From assembly GCA_965203515.1 (NCBI GenBank), contig OZ241907.1, forward strand, positions 3,008,001 through 3,072,000: a DNA stretch of 64,000 nucleotides, written 5' to 3'. The translations under genes and the position numbers were made by a program. This document shows, one piece after another, positions 47,069-58,177 of the stretch (position 1 is its first letter; each line of letters opens with the position of its first letter). The DNA is from Spirochaetia bacterium (GTDB taxonomy: Bacteria > Spirochaetota > Spirochaetia > SZUA-6 > Bin103). The notes below the pieces were generated by a model. It was not told the DNA's origin, did no database searches, and saw nothing but the letters and a program-made list of their open reading frames with translations.

Positions 47069-47799
47069 TCGCCCTGACCGCGGCCCGGCTGCTCGCCCTG
47101 CGCGAAGCGTTGCAGCAGGTCGAGCAGGTGACGGCGCAGCAGATACCCGGCCGCGAACAGCGCCACCGCCACGCCGAGGGCGATCCCCACCGCCGTCCAC
47201 TGCCGCTCGGCCAGCGCTTCGCCGAGCACCACGCTCACCGCCACCCCCGGCAGGCGCCCGGCGGTGCTGGCCAGCAGATAGACGCCCAGGCGGATCGGGC
47301 CGATGCCGGCCACGTAGCACAGGACATCCTTGGGGATGCCGGGGATCAGGTAGAGCAGGAACAGGGTCGCCACGCCGCGGGGCGACGCGATCAACTCCTC
47401 CACCTGCCGGCTGCGCGCCTCCGACACGATCGCGCGCAGAAACGGCCGCCCCAGCGCGCGCGACAGCAGGAAGCCGATCGCGGAGCCGAGCGCGGCGCCG
47501 GCCAGCGTGAGGGCGATGCCCAGCGGGATGCCGAACAGGTACCCCGCCGCCACCTGCGGCACCTCGCCCGGGATCACGAAGATCACCACCTGCAGCACCT
47601 GGATCGCAATGAACGCGGCAGGGGCGGCCACCCCGTAGCCGTCGACCCAGGCGCGCAGCGCCTCCTGATCGCGCACCAAGCCCCATATCGGTTCCCAGTA
47701 GATGATCACGACCGCCGCCATCGCCGCGAACAGCGCCGGGTATGCGGCGATGCTGAGCACCCGCTTCAGCCGGCTGCCGGACCGTTCCGAGCCGATCAT
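46999..47799 (-). CDS. TVP38/TMEM64 (VTT/DedA superfamily) membrane protein
   Basis: FIAIQVLQVVIFVIPGE...AGYLFG, LIPGIPKDVLCYVAG, GRLPG. Confidence 0.85.
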   Translation of the reverse strand: MIGSERSGSRLKRVLSIAAYPALFAAMAAVVIIYWEPIWGLVRDQEALRAWVDGYGVAAPAAFIAIQVLQVVIFVIPGEVPQVAAGYLFGIPLGIALTLAGAALGSAIGFLLSRALGRPFLRAIVSEARSRQVEELIASPRGVATLFLLYLIPGIPKDVLCYVAGIGPIRLGVYLLASTAGRLPGVAVSVVLGEALAERQWTAVGIALGVAVALFAAGYLLRRHLLDLLQRFAQGEQPGRGQGDQPGVGSGTAATPAGKSARRKPK

Positions 47800-47847
47800 G
47801 GGCGGGTCGGCTTTGACCCGGAGCCGGGTCTGTGCGATACTTCGTAC

Positions 47848-48813
47848 ATGAGGTCAGCCGCGTCTCCCAGTGAGGGTGCGATCCAGTCTACCGAGACGAC
47901 GGAATCGACGCAGCCGGCCGCAATCGCGCAACCAGAGGCAGGCGCGCAACCAGAGGCGGTCACGCAAACAGAGGAGGTCACGCAACCGGAGGCAGGAGCG
48001 CCAACAGAGGCGGTCGAACCGCTGCCGGCGGAACCAGCGGCAGCCGAGCCTGTGGCAGCCCAACCGGCGCGACCCAAACCCGCCAAGCGGAAGTCCGGCG
48101 GGAGCCGCAGTACCAGGCGCGCGCCCGCAGACGGGGATGCGCCGCCGCCGAGCGGCTCGGCCAACGGAGCGAACGGCACCGCGGCCGGGGCCTCCGCGCC
48201 GGCCACCGCCAAGGCGGACCAAGCACCGAAGGCCGCGACCACGACCACCGCGGCCCGGAGCAGCCGGCGCCGGACGACCCGCCCCCGGACCCGGTACGCC
48301 GTGGGCCAGCAGATCGTCTATCCGCTGCAGGGGGTGGGACGGGTCGAGCGGCTGGAGGAGCGGGATTTTCAGGGCAAGCCGACCCTGTACTACGTCGTCT
48401 ATCTGGAAGTCTCCGACATGACGATCATGATCCCCGTGGACAAGGCGGACCACCTGGGCATCCGCGCCATCGTCAGCAAGCGCAAGGCGGAGCGCGCCCT
48501 GCGGCTGATCGCCGAGGACTTCGACCCGATCCCGACCGACTGGAAGCTGCGCTATCAGATGAACCTCGATCTGCTGAAGCGGGGCGCGGTCAACGACATC
48601 GCCTCCGTGGTACGCTCATTGTCCTACCGCAGCCGGATCAAGGAGCTGCCGATCCTGGAGCGCAAGCTGTTCGACAGCGCGTTGCGGCTGATGGTGGATG
48701 AGGTCTCGTACTCCCTCGGCAAGGACAAGAGCGACATCGAGCAGCTGATCGAAGAGCGGCTGGCGAACGTCAAGCAGAAGGGCGACGAAGAGGTCAAGCC
48801 CAAGACCGCCTGA
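47848..48813 (+). CDS. carD: CarD-family transcriptional regulator with long low-complexity N-terminal extension
   Basis: YAVGQQIVYPLQGVG, MTIMIPV...LGIR, DWKLRY, LPILERKLF; ATG 47848 (start uncertain). Confidence 0.85.
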   Translation: MRSAASPSEGAIQSTETTESTQPAAIAQPEAGAQPEAVTQTEEVTQPEAGAPTEAVEPLPAEPAAAEPVAAQPARPKPAKRKSGGSRSTRRAPADGDAPPPSGSANGANGTAAGASAPATAKADQAPKAATTTTAARSSRRRTTRPRTRYAVGQQIVYPLQGVGRVERLEERDFQGKPTLYYVVYLEVSDMTIMIPVDKADHLGIRAIVSKRKAERALRLIAEDFDPIPTDWKLRYQMNLDLLKRGAVNDIASVVRSLSYRSRIKELPILERKLFDSALRLMVDEVSYSLGKDKSDIEQLIEERLANVKQKGDEEVKPKTA

Positions 48814-48847
48814 TCGACCTTCGGCCCGCTACGACGGTCCCTGACCG

Positions 48848-49435
48848 CTACGACGGACCCTCCAGCTCGGTGATGCGGTCGCGCAACCGCGCCGCCTCCT
48901 CATAGTTCTCTTCGCGGACGGCCGACGCCAGTTCCTGCTTGAGCCGTCCGACCACGTCGACTCCGCCGCCGCCCTCATCGGCCTCGGCGTCTTCCCCGCC
49001 GTCGGCGGCCTCGCCGCCCTCCACGTTCGATACCGGGATGGCCGCCTGATCCACTACGTCCTCATCGATGAAGATCGGACACCTGGCCCGCAACGCGATG
49101 GCGATGGCGTCCGACGTGCGCGAGTCGACCTCCACCTCCCGGCCGTCCTGCAGCAGCACCAGGCGCGAGAAGAAGGTGCCGTTGCCGCCGATGTTCTTGA
49201 TCTCCGTGATCTCGACGCGCTCCACGGAGACCTGCAGCGCGGCCAGCGTCTGCAGGAACAGGTCGTGCGTCAGCGGCCGGCTCTGCCGTTCGCCGCGCAG
49301 GGCGATGTAGATCGACTGAGCTATGCAGCCGTCGACATAGACCGGAACGGCCACGTTCGCTCCGGTCGGCCGGATCAGCACGGCCGGCCCTTCGGGCGCG
49401 CGGGCCATCGTCCAGACGTCAGCGGGGCGCAGCAT
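48848..49435 (-). CDS. Bifunctional nuclease (DUF151) with C-terminal UVR domain
   Basis: RPLTHDLF, VDSRTSDAIAIALR..CPIF, AVREENYEEAARLRDRI. Confidence 0.9.
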   Translation of the reverse strand: MLRPADVWTMARAPEGPAVLIRPTGANVAVPVYVDGCIAQSIYIALRGERQSRPLTHDLFLQTLAALQVSVERVEITEIKNIGGNGTFFSRLVLLQDGREVEVDSRTSDAIAIALRARCPIFIDEDVVDQAAIPVSNVEGGEAADGGEDAEADEGGGGVDVVGRLKQELASAVREENYEEAARLRDRITELEGPS

Positions 49436-49437
49436 CG

Positions 49438-50662
<1,225 letters not shown>

Positions 50663-50685
<23 letters not shown>

Positions 50686-51283
50686 CAGCGCGCCTCGTGA
50701 GGACCTTGTCGATCAGGCCGTACTCCGCAGCCTCGTCCGACGACATATAGTAGTCCCGTTCCAGATCCTGCGCAACGACGCTCTCGTCCTTGCCGGTGCA
50801 CTCCGCGAAGTAGCTGATGATCAGGCGCTTCAGACGCACCAGCTCGCGCGCCTGGATGCCTATGTCGGCCGCCTGCCCGGAAACGCCGCCCCACGGCTGG
50901 TGGATCAGCAGCCGGGCGGACGGCAGGGCGGTCCGCTTGCCCCTGGTGCCGGCCGCCAGCAGCAGGGCGCCCATCGACGCCGCCTGCCCCAGGCAGATCG
51001 TCTGCACGTCCGCGCTGATGTAGCGGAGCGTGTCGTAGATCGCCAGCCCGGCGGTCACCACGCCGCCGGGCGAGTTGATGTAGACGTGGATGTCCTTCTC
51101 CGGGTCCTGCGACTCCAGGAACAGGAGCTGCGCCACCACCAGGTCGGCGGTGATGTCATATATCTCTCCGTCGATGAAGACGATGCGGTCCTTGAGCAGC
51201 CGCGAGTAGATGTCGTAGGACCGTTCGCCGCGCCCGGTCTGTTCTATGACGATCGGGACGAGCGCGTTGAGCTGTTCGTTCAT
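50663..51283 (-). CDS. clpP: ATP-dependent Clp protease proteolytic subunit
   Basis: ATG 51283; [31 protein letters not shown]. Confidence 0.97.
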
Positions 51284-51351
51284 AGGGTGAGTTCGTCCAT
51301 GGCAGGTTCGATGCGGCCCGCACGGCGTCTCCCGGCGGCGCCGTCTCAAAG

Positions 51352-52701
51352 TTAGCCCTTTCCCGATACCAAGTCCACATAGGAGAGCTCGTCGCCGTCC
51401 CGGACCGCGGCCAGCTCGATCAGACGGTCGTAGAGCTTCTCGTTGCGGAGCTCGGTGCGCAGCGACGCCAGCATGTCATCGCGCTCGTAGACCTTCCGCA
51501 CCTGTTCGACATCCGCGGAGCGCGCCTGCGCAAGGCGCTCGATCGCCTGCTCGACCTCCGCGCCGTCGACCTCGATGCCTTCGACGTCCGCCAGCCGGTC
51601 GGCGATCAACATCAGGCGCGTGCGCTGCTCGACGGCCGGACGCCACCGCTCGATCACCGTCTCGCGGTCGGTCCCGGACCGCTGCAGCTCGACGGTCGCC
51701 CGGCGCTCGCTGCCGCCGTAGCGCGACACCATCGACGCCCACTGGGCCGCCAGGCCGGCATCGACCAGCGATCGCGGCAGGGGGACCACCGAGTTCTCGT
51801 CGACGGCGGTGATGATCGCGGAGATCAGCCGCTCGCGAACGATCCGGCGGCCGTTGCGGAGCAGGCGCTCGCGGATGTCCGCCTGCAGGTCTTCCAGGGA
51901 CTGGAAGCGATCGCTGACATCTTGCGCCAATTCGTCGTCCAGGTCCGGCAATTGCTTCTCCCGCAGGCGGCGCACGCGGACGCGCAGGACCAGCGATCGG
52001 CCGGCGAGCGACGCCTCCCCGAAGTCGCCGGGGTAGGTCTTGGCGATGTCGCGCTCCTCGTCGACGCGCATGCCGACCAGGTCGTCGTCGATGCGGTGCA
52101 GGTTGTAGCCGGTGCCGACCTCGAACACGAACCCCTCCCGCCGCGTCGCGGCGGCCGGACGGCCGCCGTCGACCTCGACGTAGTCGATCTCCACCACGTC
52201 GCCGGCTTCGACCACGTCGCCCTGCTTCTCCACGATCACGGCGTTCCGCTCGCGGATCGCGTCGAGTTCGCGCGCCAGGTCCGCGTCGTCGACGCGGAAG
52301 CGGAGCCGCTTCACCGCCACCCCCCGGTAGCGTCCCAGGCTCACCGCCGGCTTGGTGTCGTAGAGCAGGTCGAACCGGAACGGCGATCCGGGCGCCAACG
52401 GCTCGGCCGGCTCCGCGCGCGGGTGCGAGGTGCGGATCGGCGGATGTTCTGCCGCCTCCAGCGCCTGCCGGGCCGCTTCGCCGATGATCGTCTCGGCGGT
52501 CTCCGCCAGCATCGCGTCTCCCGCCTTGCGGATCAGGACGTCACGCGGCACCTTGCCCTTGCGAAAGCCCTTGATACGGACGGTGCGGCGGTGCTTGGCG
52601 ACGGTGGCGTCGTACACGCGCTGCACCTCCGACGCCGCGACCGTGACCGACAGCCGGACTTCGGCGTTCTGCTGAAGGTGCTCTTCCTGGTGCTGTATCA
52701 C
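51352..52701 (-). CDS. tig: Trigger factor
   Basis: GFRKGKVP signature, FKBP-like centre, LPDLDDELA; upstream of clpP-clpX. Confidence 0.93.
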   Translation of the reverse strand: MIQHQEEHLQQNAEVRLSVTVAASEVQRVYDATVAKHRRTVRIKGFRKGKVPRDVLIRKAGDAMLAETAETIIGEAARQALEAAEHPPIRTSHPRAEPAEPLAPGSPFRFDLLYDTKPAVSLGRYRGVAVKRLRFRVDDADLARELDAIRERNAVIVEKQGDVVEAGDVVEIDYVEVDGGRPAAATRREGFVFEVGTGYNLHRIDDDLVGMRVDEERDIAKTYPGDFGEASLAGRSLVLRVRVRRLREKQLPDLDDELAQDVSDRFQSLEDLQADIRERLLRNGRRIVRERLISAIITAVDENSVVPLPRSLVDAGLAAQWASMVSRYGGSERRATVELQRSGTDRETVIERWRPAVEQRTRLMLIADRLADVEGIEVDGAEVEQAIERLAQARSADVEQVRKVYERDDMLASLRTELRNEKLYDRLIELAAVRDGDELSYVDLVSGKG

Positions 52702-52765
52702 GCGCGTCAGTCCGGGTAGCGGCGCTCGCGGCCGAGTGAGCGGCGCAGGGCCGCCGTCAGAGCGT

Positions 52766-52837
52766 AGCGGGAAACGGGATTTGAACCCGCGACTTCCACC
52801 TTGGCAAGGTGGCGCTCTACCCCTGAGCTATTCCCGC
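52766..52837 (-). tRNA. tRNA-Gly(GCC)
   Basis: GCGGGAATAGCTCAG...CTTGCCAAG...GGTTCAAATCCCGTTTCCCGCT; CCA not encoded. Confidence 0.95.
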
Positions 52838-52847
52838 GTCGAACACG

Positions 52848-52929
52848 TGCGAGAGAAGGGACTCGAACCCTCATGCCTTGCGGCACCAGATCCTAAGTCT
52901 GGCGTGTCTGCCGGTTCCACCACTCTCGC
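52848..52929 (-). tRNA. tRNA-Leu(TAG)
   Basis: GCGAGAGTGGTGGAA...ACTTAGGAT, long variable arm, GGTTCGAGTCCCTTCTCTCGCA. Confidence 0.95.
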
Positions 52930-52999
52930 GGCATCTCGCGTACCCCACACCGTGCACTGCGAGCGGCGCCTGCGTCAAGCGGCGAGACGCCGATTCGCC

Positions 53000-53072
53000 T
53001 GAGCCGTGAAGGACTCGAACCTTCGACCCGCAGATTAAGAGTCTGCTGCTCTACCAACTGAGCTAACGGCCC
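53000..53072 (-). tRNA. tRNA-Lys(CTT)
   Basis: GGGCCGTTAGCTCAGTTGGTAGAGC...ACTCTTAAT...GGTTCGAGTCCTTCACGGCTCA. Confidence 0.95.
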
Positions 53073-53078
53073 GCCCCC

Positions 53079-53152
53079 CACGCCCGGCAGGACTCGAACC
53101 TGCGACCTACGGATTCGAAGTCCGTCGCTCTATCCAACTGAGCTACGGGCGC
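53079..53152 (-). tRNA. tRNA-Arg(TCG)
   Basis: GCGCCCGTAGCTCAGTTGGATAGAGC...ACTTCGAAT...GGTTCGAGTCCTGCCGGGCGTG. Confidence 0.95.
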
Positions 53153-53167
53153 AGCCGTGGAGCGTCG

Positions 53168-53241
53168 GGTGGGTGATGGGGCTTGAACCCACAACATCCA
53201 GATCCACAGTCTGGCGCTCTACCGATTGAACTACACCCACC
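53168..53241 (-). tRNA. tRNA-His(GTG)
   Basis: G-1 plus GTGGGTGTAGTTCAA...ACTGTGGAT...GGTTCAAGCCCCATCACCCACC. Confidence 0.95.
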
Positions 53242-53258
53242 GTCGGTCGTGGACCGAC

Positions 53259-53287
53259 AGCTTCACCGCCGCCCGCCCCGTTGTCAA
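53259..53287 (-). promoter_or_regulatory. Putative promoter of the tRNA cluster
   Basis: TTGACA (53287-53282), 17-nt spacer, GAAGCT; 17 nt upstream of tRNA-His. Confidence 0.5.
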
Positions 53288-53383
53288 GCCGGACCGCAGC
53301 CCGGCGAAGCCCTTCCCGGCCGTTCCTCCCCGGACGCCGTCCCTTCCCCGGACGGACCGCGCTCGGTGTAGAATGGACCGGCC

Positions 53384-54478
53384 GTGGCAAAGAGCTTTAC
53401 GTTAGCGATCTACCCCTGGGTATACAGCGCCAAGTTCGACGGGACGTGGCGCGAGGACTTTACCGAACAGCGGCATCTGAGCGCGGATGCCGAGGCCGCG
53501 CTGCCGAACGACGAGCAGGAGCGGCTCTACCTGGAGCGCAACCGGTTCGAGCAGCTCCCGCTGGTCAACTTCACCACGCAGTACGGGCTGGCCTGCTTCG
53601 AGGGCCTCAAGGCGTTCCCGCAGCCGGACGGCTCGCTGTCGCTGTTCCGCCCCCTCGACAACGGCCTGCGCATGGCGCGTTCGATGGAGGGGCTGCTCAT
53701 GCCGCCCTTCCCCGCCGACACCTTCGTCCGCGCCGTCCGGCAGGTCGTGGAGCGCAACCGGGCGCTCGGCTTCACGCCCGCCTACGACCCGGCGTGGGAG
53801 GCGGACGACTTCATCGCCGCCGACACGGTCTACGTCCGGCCGTTCACCTACGCCGAGTCCGGGATCGGCGTCGATCTGTCGGTGCAGCCGTGGGTCATCA
53901 TCGTCAACACCACGGTCGGCTCGTACTTCAGCCTGGACGGCGACACCTCCACCACCACCACGCGGCGCGTGCGCGCCACGCCGGGAGGCACCGGCTGGAT
54001 CAAGTGCAGCGGCAACTACGTCACCAGCGCGCTGGCCAAGAAGGAGGCGGAGGCGGCCGGCTGCATGGAGGCGATCTTCCTCGATTCCGCCGAGCACCGG
54101 TACCTGGAGGAAGGCTCCTCCTGCAACCTGTTCGCGGTGCTGACGGGCGGCACCCTGGTCACGCCCTCCCTGGGCGACACCATCCTGCCCGGCATCACGC
54201 GCCAGTCGGTGATGACCCTGGCCGAAGAAGAGGGCATGACGGTCGAGGAGCGCCGCGTGTCGGTGGAGGAGGTATGCGACGACGCGGTCGAGTTCTTCGG
54301 CACCGGCACCGCCGCCGGGGTCGCGCACTTCGGCTCGCTCACGCACGCAGGGCGGACGGTGACGTTCGGAGACGGGAAGATCGGCCCGCGCGCCCTGCAC
54401 TTCCTGCGGCAGCTCAAGGGCATCCAGTTCGGGCGCCTGCCGGACCGGCACGGCTGGATGGTGCCGGTGGCGGCGTGA
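53384..54478 (+). CDS. ilvE: Branched-chain amino-acid aminotransferase (class IV PLP)
   Basis: QYGLACFEGLKAF, YVRP, IKCSGNY (PLP Lys), EEGSSCNLF, ILPGITRQS, GTGTAA. Confidence 0.9.
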   Translation: MAKSFTLAIYPWVYSAKFDGTWREDFTEQRHLSADAEAALPNDEQERLYLERNRFEQLPLVNFTTQYGLACFEGLKAFPQPDGSLSLFRPLDNGLRMARSMEGLLMPPFPADTFVRAVRQVVERNRALGFTPAYDPAWEADDFIAADTVYVRPFTYAESGIGVDLSVQPWVIIVNTTVGSYFSLDGDTSTTTTRRVRATPGGTGWIKCSGNYVTSALAKKEAEAAGCMEAIFLDSAEHRYLEEGSSCNLFAVLTGGTLVTPSLGDTILPGITRQSVMTLAEEEGMTVEERRVSVEEVCDDAVEFFGTGTAAGVAHFGSLTHAGRTVTFGDGKIGPRALHFLRQLKGIQFGRLPDRHGWMVPVAA

Positions 54479-54545
54479 CCGCAGACGGCCGCCTCTCCTG
54501 CCGGACCGGCACGGCTGGATGGCGCCGGTTGCGGCGTGACCGCAG
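54436..54545 (+). repeat. 49-bp direct repeat duplicating the ilvE 3' end
   Basis: 54436-54484 versus 54497-54545, 2 mismatches, 12-bp spacer. Confidence 0.9.
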
Positions 54546-54551
54546 CCCGGC

Positions 54552-56279
54552 CTAACGGCGCAACGAAACGGTAGCTAGGCGGCCGGCGCGCATGCCGGCC
54601 GCCGCCTGCAGGGCGCGGTCGACCCGCCGGTGCTGGCCGCGTATCGCCTCCGCGCCGGCCTCGAACCAGCCGGACGCCTCCTGCTCGGCCGGCAGCTTGC
54701 GGCGGATGCGCGCCGGCGCCAGCTCGCCGAAGTAGTAGCCGAGCGTCCGCTCGCCGTTGTGCGCCAGGTACGCCTGGAACTCGTTCCGCATCAAGTCCTC
54801 CCAGGCGGTATCGTAGCCGAGGGCGGCCAGATAGGAGCGCCACGCATGGCGCGCCGGCTCGCCGATCTCCTGCCACAGGGCGGCGATCTCGGCTCGGTAC
54901 CCGGCGTCGACGAAGTAGACGCCGTGCGCGGCCTCGTGCCGCAGGAGCAATGCGCGCTGCGCCGGCGGCGACTCCCGGCTGATCGACAGCACCGCGCCGC
55001 CCCGCTCACCGACCTGCCAGCCGGTCCGGTCTCCCTGCCCGGCGGCGCGGATCACGCGCTCGGCCGCCAGGAAGTCGCGCAGCCACCGCTCCCGGTCGTT
55101 GAGCGGCACGCCGGCCCGCCCGGCCTCCGTGAAGAACCGCGCCAGGTCGGCGGCGGCGTAGTCGTGGGCGTTGTAGCCGTAGCGGCCGTCCAGCTCCCGA
55201 TCGCTCCACACCGTGCCCCGGAAGCCGGCCTTCTCCACGTAGTAGGCGAGCCGGCGAAACAGGTCCTCCTGGATCGCGTAGCTGGCGGTATCGAAGATCA
55301 ACACTTCGGGCAGGGCGTTCCAGCGGAACACCTCCCACGCCGCGCCGCGCCATGCGCTCTGCGGGTAGGCCATGATCGTGTCGAGGTCGGCCGGCAGCGG
55401 CGCCGCGCCGGCCGCGGTCCGGCCGACCTGCAGATAGCGGACCGTGCCGCCGGCGTGGCCGAGCGCCTGCACCTCGACCGGCACGAACCCCAACACCGCC
55501 TCGTGCAGGTGGATCGACCGTTCGCCGGCGGTCAACACCACCGCCACGGTCGCACGCCGCTCCGCGCCGGCGCCGCCGCCGTCCGACACCGACAGCAGCA
55601 GCTCACCGGTGCCGCCGGTGGCCGGCGGCGTGAAGCTCGACCGCACCATCAGCGTCCGGCCCGGCTGCGGAGCGGCGTGCGGAGCCGGCAGGCGGACCGC
55701 CAGATCGAGGATGCCGCCGGCGTCCGCCGTGGTGCCGGGCGGCAGGTGCGCGTCGACGCCGACGTGCAGCACACCGTCGATCAGCGCCACGCCGGTGCGC
55801 GCCGGCGCGATGCCGGCGGCCGTCAGGTCGAGCGTACCGACCGGCTCGCCGGTCCACAGCCGGAAGCCGCGCAGCGGGCCGGCCGGCACCGGAAGCTGGC
55901 GGTGGACCGGCACGCCGCCGCCGGCCGTGAGCCGATAGCGGCCGATTTCGCCGCCGTCTTCGGCCACCACGCTCACGGTCGCTTCCGCCAACGTGGTGCG
56001 GTACTGGAGGTAGAGCACCTGGCCGGCGCCGACCGTCACGGCGGTGCGCGGGTGCAGGATTCCGGTCGCCGCGATCCCTTCGGCCGGCGCCAGCCGCGCG
56101 TGGCGGCTGCCGTCGACGGAGCTGACGCGCAACGTGCTCCGCCGGCCGTCGGCGGCGTCGAAGCGGGCGTCGGTAGCGGCGGAGGAGCAGCCGAGCGCCA
56201 GCAGCGCCGCGCCGGTCGCCGCCGCGCGGGCGATCGCCGCGCCGGCGCCCGCCGGCCCGCCCGCGCCGGTCAGCCGCAC
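54552..56279 (-). CDS. Hypothetical lipoprotein with C-terminal HExxH (zincin-like) domain
   Basis: GTG 56279; LLALG-C lipobox-like; FRRLAYYVEKAGFRG, GYNAHDY, LRHEAAHG, downstream NEFQAY. Confidence 0.65.
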   Translation of the reverse strand: MRLTGAGGPAGAGAAIARAAATGAALLALGCSSAATDARFDAADGRRSTLRVSSVDGSRHARLAPAEGIAATGILHPRTAVTVGAGQVLYLQYRTTLAEATVSVVAEDGGEIGRYRLTAGGGVPVHRQLPVPAGPLRGFRLWTGEPVGTLDLTAAGIAPARTGVALIDGVLHVGVDAHLPPGTTADAGGILDLAVRLPAPHAAPQPGRTLMVRSSFTPPATGGTGELLLSVSDGGGAGAERRATVAVVLTAGERSIHLHEAVLGFVPVEVQALGHAGGTVRYLQVGRTAAGAAPLPADLDTIMAYPQSAWRGAAWEVFRWNALPEVLIFDTASYAIQEDLFRRLAYYVEKAGFRGTVWSDRELDGRYGYNAHDYAAADLARFFTEAGRAGVPLNDRERWLRDFLAAERVIRAAGQGDRTGWQVGERGGAVLSISRESPPAQRALLLRHEAAHGVYFVDAGYRAEIAALWQEIGEPARHAWRSYLAALGYDTAWEDLMRNEFQAYLAHNGERTLGYYFGELAPARIRRKLPAEQEASGWFEAGAEAIRGQHRRVDRALQAAAGMRAGRLATVSLRR

Positions 56280-56944
56280 GCGGCAGCCGGGATGCCCAGG
56301 CCGGGCAGGTCGAGCCGTCGTTCCACCACCGGACGCAACGCCGCGGCGACCCGTTCGGGCGAAAGCGCATGGCCCCGTTCGGCCAGCGTGGTGCAGAACG
56401 CGGCGTGCGCGCGCCGCGCCCGGTAGTCCGGCTCCCGGACCGGATGCCGCAGGTACCGGCCGAACAGCGTCAGGTCGCAGCGGACCAGCAGGCTCGACTG
56501 GTAGAAGAGCACGTTGCGGCGCCGGAACAGCGAAGCGCCGAGCACCTTGCGGTCGCCGATCGCCAAGTCGCAGATGCCCTGCGGGCGCACGCCGCTCACG
56601 CCCAGCCCGGCGAGCGCTTCCGCCACCCAGGCGTTGATCGCGCACAGGTGCTCGCGGTTGCGGTACGCGGAGTCGACCGCCGCCACCAGCGCCAGGACGA
56701 GCTGCCCGGGAGCGAGCAGGACGGTGCCGCCGCCGCCGCGCCGCCGCAGCAACGGCACGCCGTCGGCGCGCGCCCGCTCGACGTACACGTCGGTCTGCGC
56801 CCGGCCGGCGGCGCCGAACACGATGGCCGGCTCCGCCGGCTCGTAGATGCGCCACGCGGGCCGGCCGGTACGCTCGTGCCGGTCGAGCAGCGCGTCGTTG
56901 ACGCCGGCCGACTCCGGTTCGAGCGCCGGGCGGTCATGCGCCAA
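56270..56944 (-). CDS. Lipoate-protein ligase A-family (BPL/LplA) catalytic-domain protein
   Basis: RRRGGGGTV, GICDLAIGDRKVLGAS, YLRHP.REPDYR. Confidence 0.85.
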   Translation of the reverse strand: MAHDRPALEPESAGVNDALLDRHERTGRPAWRIYEPAEPAIVFGAAGRAQTDVYVERARADGVPLLRRRGGGGTVLLAPGQLVLALVAAVDSAYRNREHLCAINAWVAEALAGLGVSGVRPQGICDLAIGDRKVLGASLFRRRNVLFYQSSLLVRCDLTLFGRYLRHPVREPDYRARRAHAAFCTTLAERGHALSPERVAAALRPVVERRLDLPGLGIPAAACG

Positions 56945-58145
56945 AGCGGCGCCGTTTGCCCGCGTACCCGGCGGCGATCGGCAGCAGGGCGTTGGCGGGC
57001 AGCACGCCCCACGCGCCGGCCGCGCAGTCGCGTTCGCCGAATGCGCGGACGGCGTCGGGCCGGCCGGCGGCGGCGCGGATCAGGAACGGCACCGGGTGCT
57101 CGGTGTGGGTGCGCGCCACCGCCGGGGTGGAGTGATCGCCGGTGACGATCAACACGTCCGGGGCGAGCGCCAGGATGTCCGGCAAGGCGGCGTCGACCCG
57201 CTCGATCTCCGCGACCTTGGCGTCGAAATCGCCGTCCTCGCCGGCCGAGTCGGTCTGCTTGTGGTGCACGAAGAAGAAGCGGTGCGCGCCCGACCACGCT
57301 GCGGCGAGCGCCGTGAGCTGCCCGTCCAGGTCGTCGAGCCCTTCGATCACGTCCATGCCGGCCAGGCGGCTGACCCCCTTGTAGTCGGGATAGACCGCGA
57401 TCGCCAGGCCGCGCATGGCGAACCGCCGGTGCAGCGGCGGCAGCGCCGGGCGCACGGCGAAGCCGCGCAGCAGCAGGTCGTTGGCCGGCCGTCGGCCGGC
57501 CAGCCGCTCGCGCGCCTGCCGCAGGAAGTCGGCGACGATGCGGGCGGTCGGCTCGGCGGCCGGCTCCAGCGCGCGCGGCGCGAGCGCCGGAACGCCGGTA
57601 CGCTGCGGGTCGGTGTCGGCGATCCGGTCGGAGAGCGCCGGTCCGCGCAGCACCGCCACCGCCCGGTAGTCCTTCACCGGCCGTACGAACAGCTCGGCCC
57701 CGGCCAGCTCGATACCGTCGAGCAGCGCGCACAGCTCGGCGCAGACCTCGGTCGCGATCCTCCCGGCGCGCCGGTCGGTGATGCGCCCGCCGGCATCGCT
57801 GGAGGCAAAGTTGAGCCGCGCCGCCACGTCGCCGTCCCGTAGCGGGAAGCCGATTCCCAAGGCGGCCACCAGACCGCGGCCTACCGGCGCGTCGAGCGGG
57901 TCGTAGCCGAACAGCGCCAAGTGGCCCGGCGCCGAGCCGGGCGCCACGCCGTAGCCGACCGGCAGGTGCAGGCCGCATTCGCCGGCCGCCGCGGCGGCAT
58001 CCAGGTTGGTCGTGCGGGCGCTCTCCAGCTCGGTGCGGCCGCCCGGCTCACGCGGCAGCCCGCCGAGCCCGTCGAGCACCAGCAGCACGATGCGCCGGTC
58101 GTTTTCCTGGGCCAGCGCCGCCAGCCGGTCATCACGATTCCGCAT
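56934..58145 (-). CDS. apgM: 2,3-BPG-independent phosphoglycerate mutase, archaeal (ApgM) type
   Basis: LVLDGLG, PGSAPGHLALFGYDP, DRRAGRI, DTDP, TDSAGEDG, TGDHSTP, HTEHPVP. Confidence 0.88.
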   Translation of the reverse strand: MRNRDDRLAALAQENDRRIVLLVLDGLGGLPREPGGRTELESARTTNLDAAAAAGECGLHLPVGYGVAPGSAPGHLALFGYDPLDAPVGRGLVAALGIGFPLRDGDVAARLNFASSDAGGRITDRRAGRIATEVCAELCALLDGIELAGAELFVRPVKDYRAVAVLRGPALSDRIADTDPQRTGVPALAPRALEPAAEPTARIVADFLRQARERLAGRRPANDLLLRGFAVRPALPPLHRRFAMRGLAIAVYPDYKGVSRLAGMDVIEGLDDLDGQLTALAAAWSGAHRFFFVHHKQTDSAGEDGDFDAKVAEIERVDAALPDILALAPDVLIVTGDHSTPAVARTHTEHPVPFLIRAAAGRPDAVRAFGERDCAAGAWGVLPANALLPIAAGYAGKRRRFGA

Positions 58146-58177
58146 AAGCCGATTTCCCGAACGGTGCGGGGCGCCAT

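Noticed and set aside
46237..47847. 858-aa ORF as a giant CarD fusion
   Set aside because: The upstream part overlaps oppA out of frame and the VTT gene antisense; spurious extension
52766..53241. tRNA cluster as an integration site
   Set aside because: No duplicated tRNA 3' end or integrase seen; both flanks are core genes
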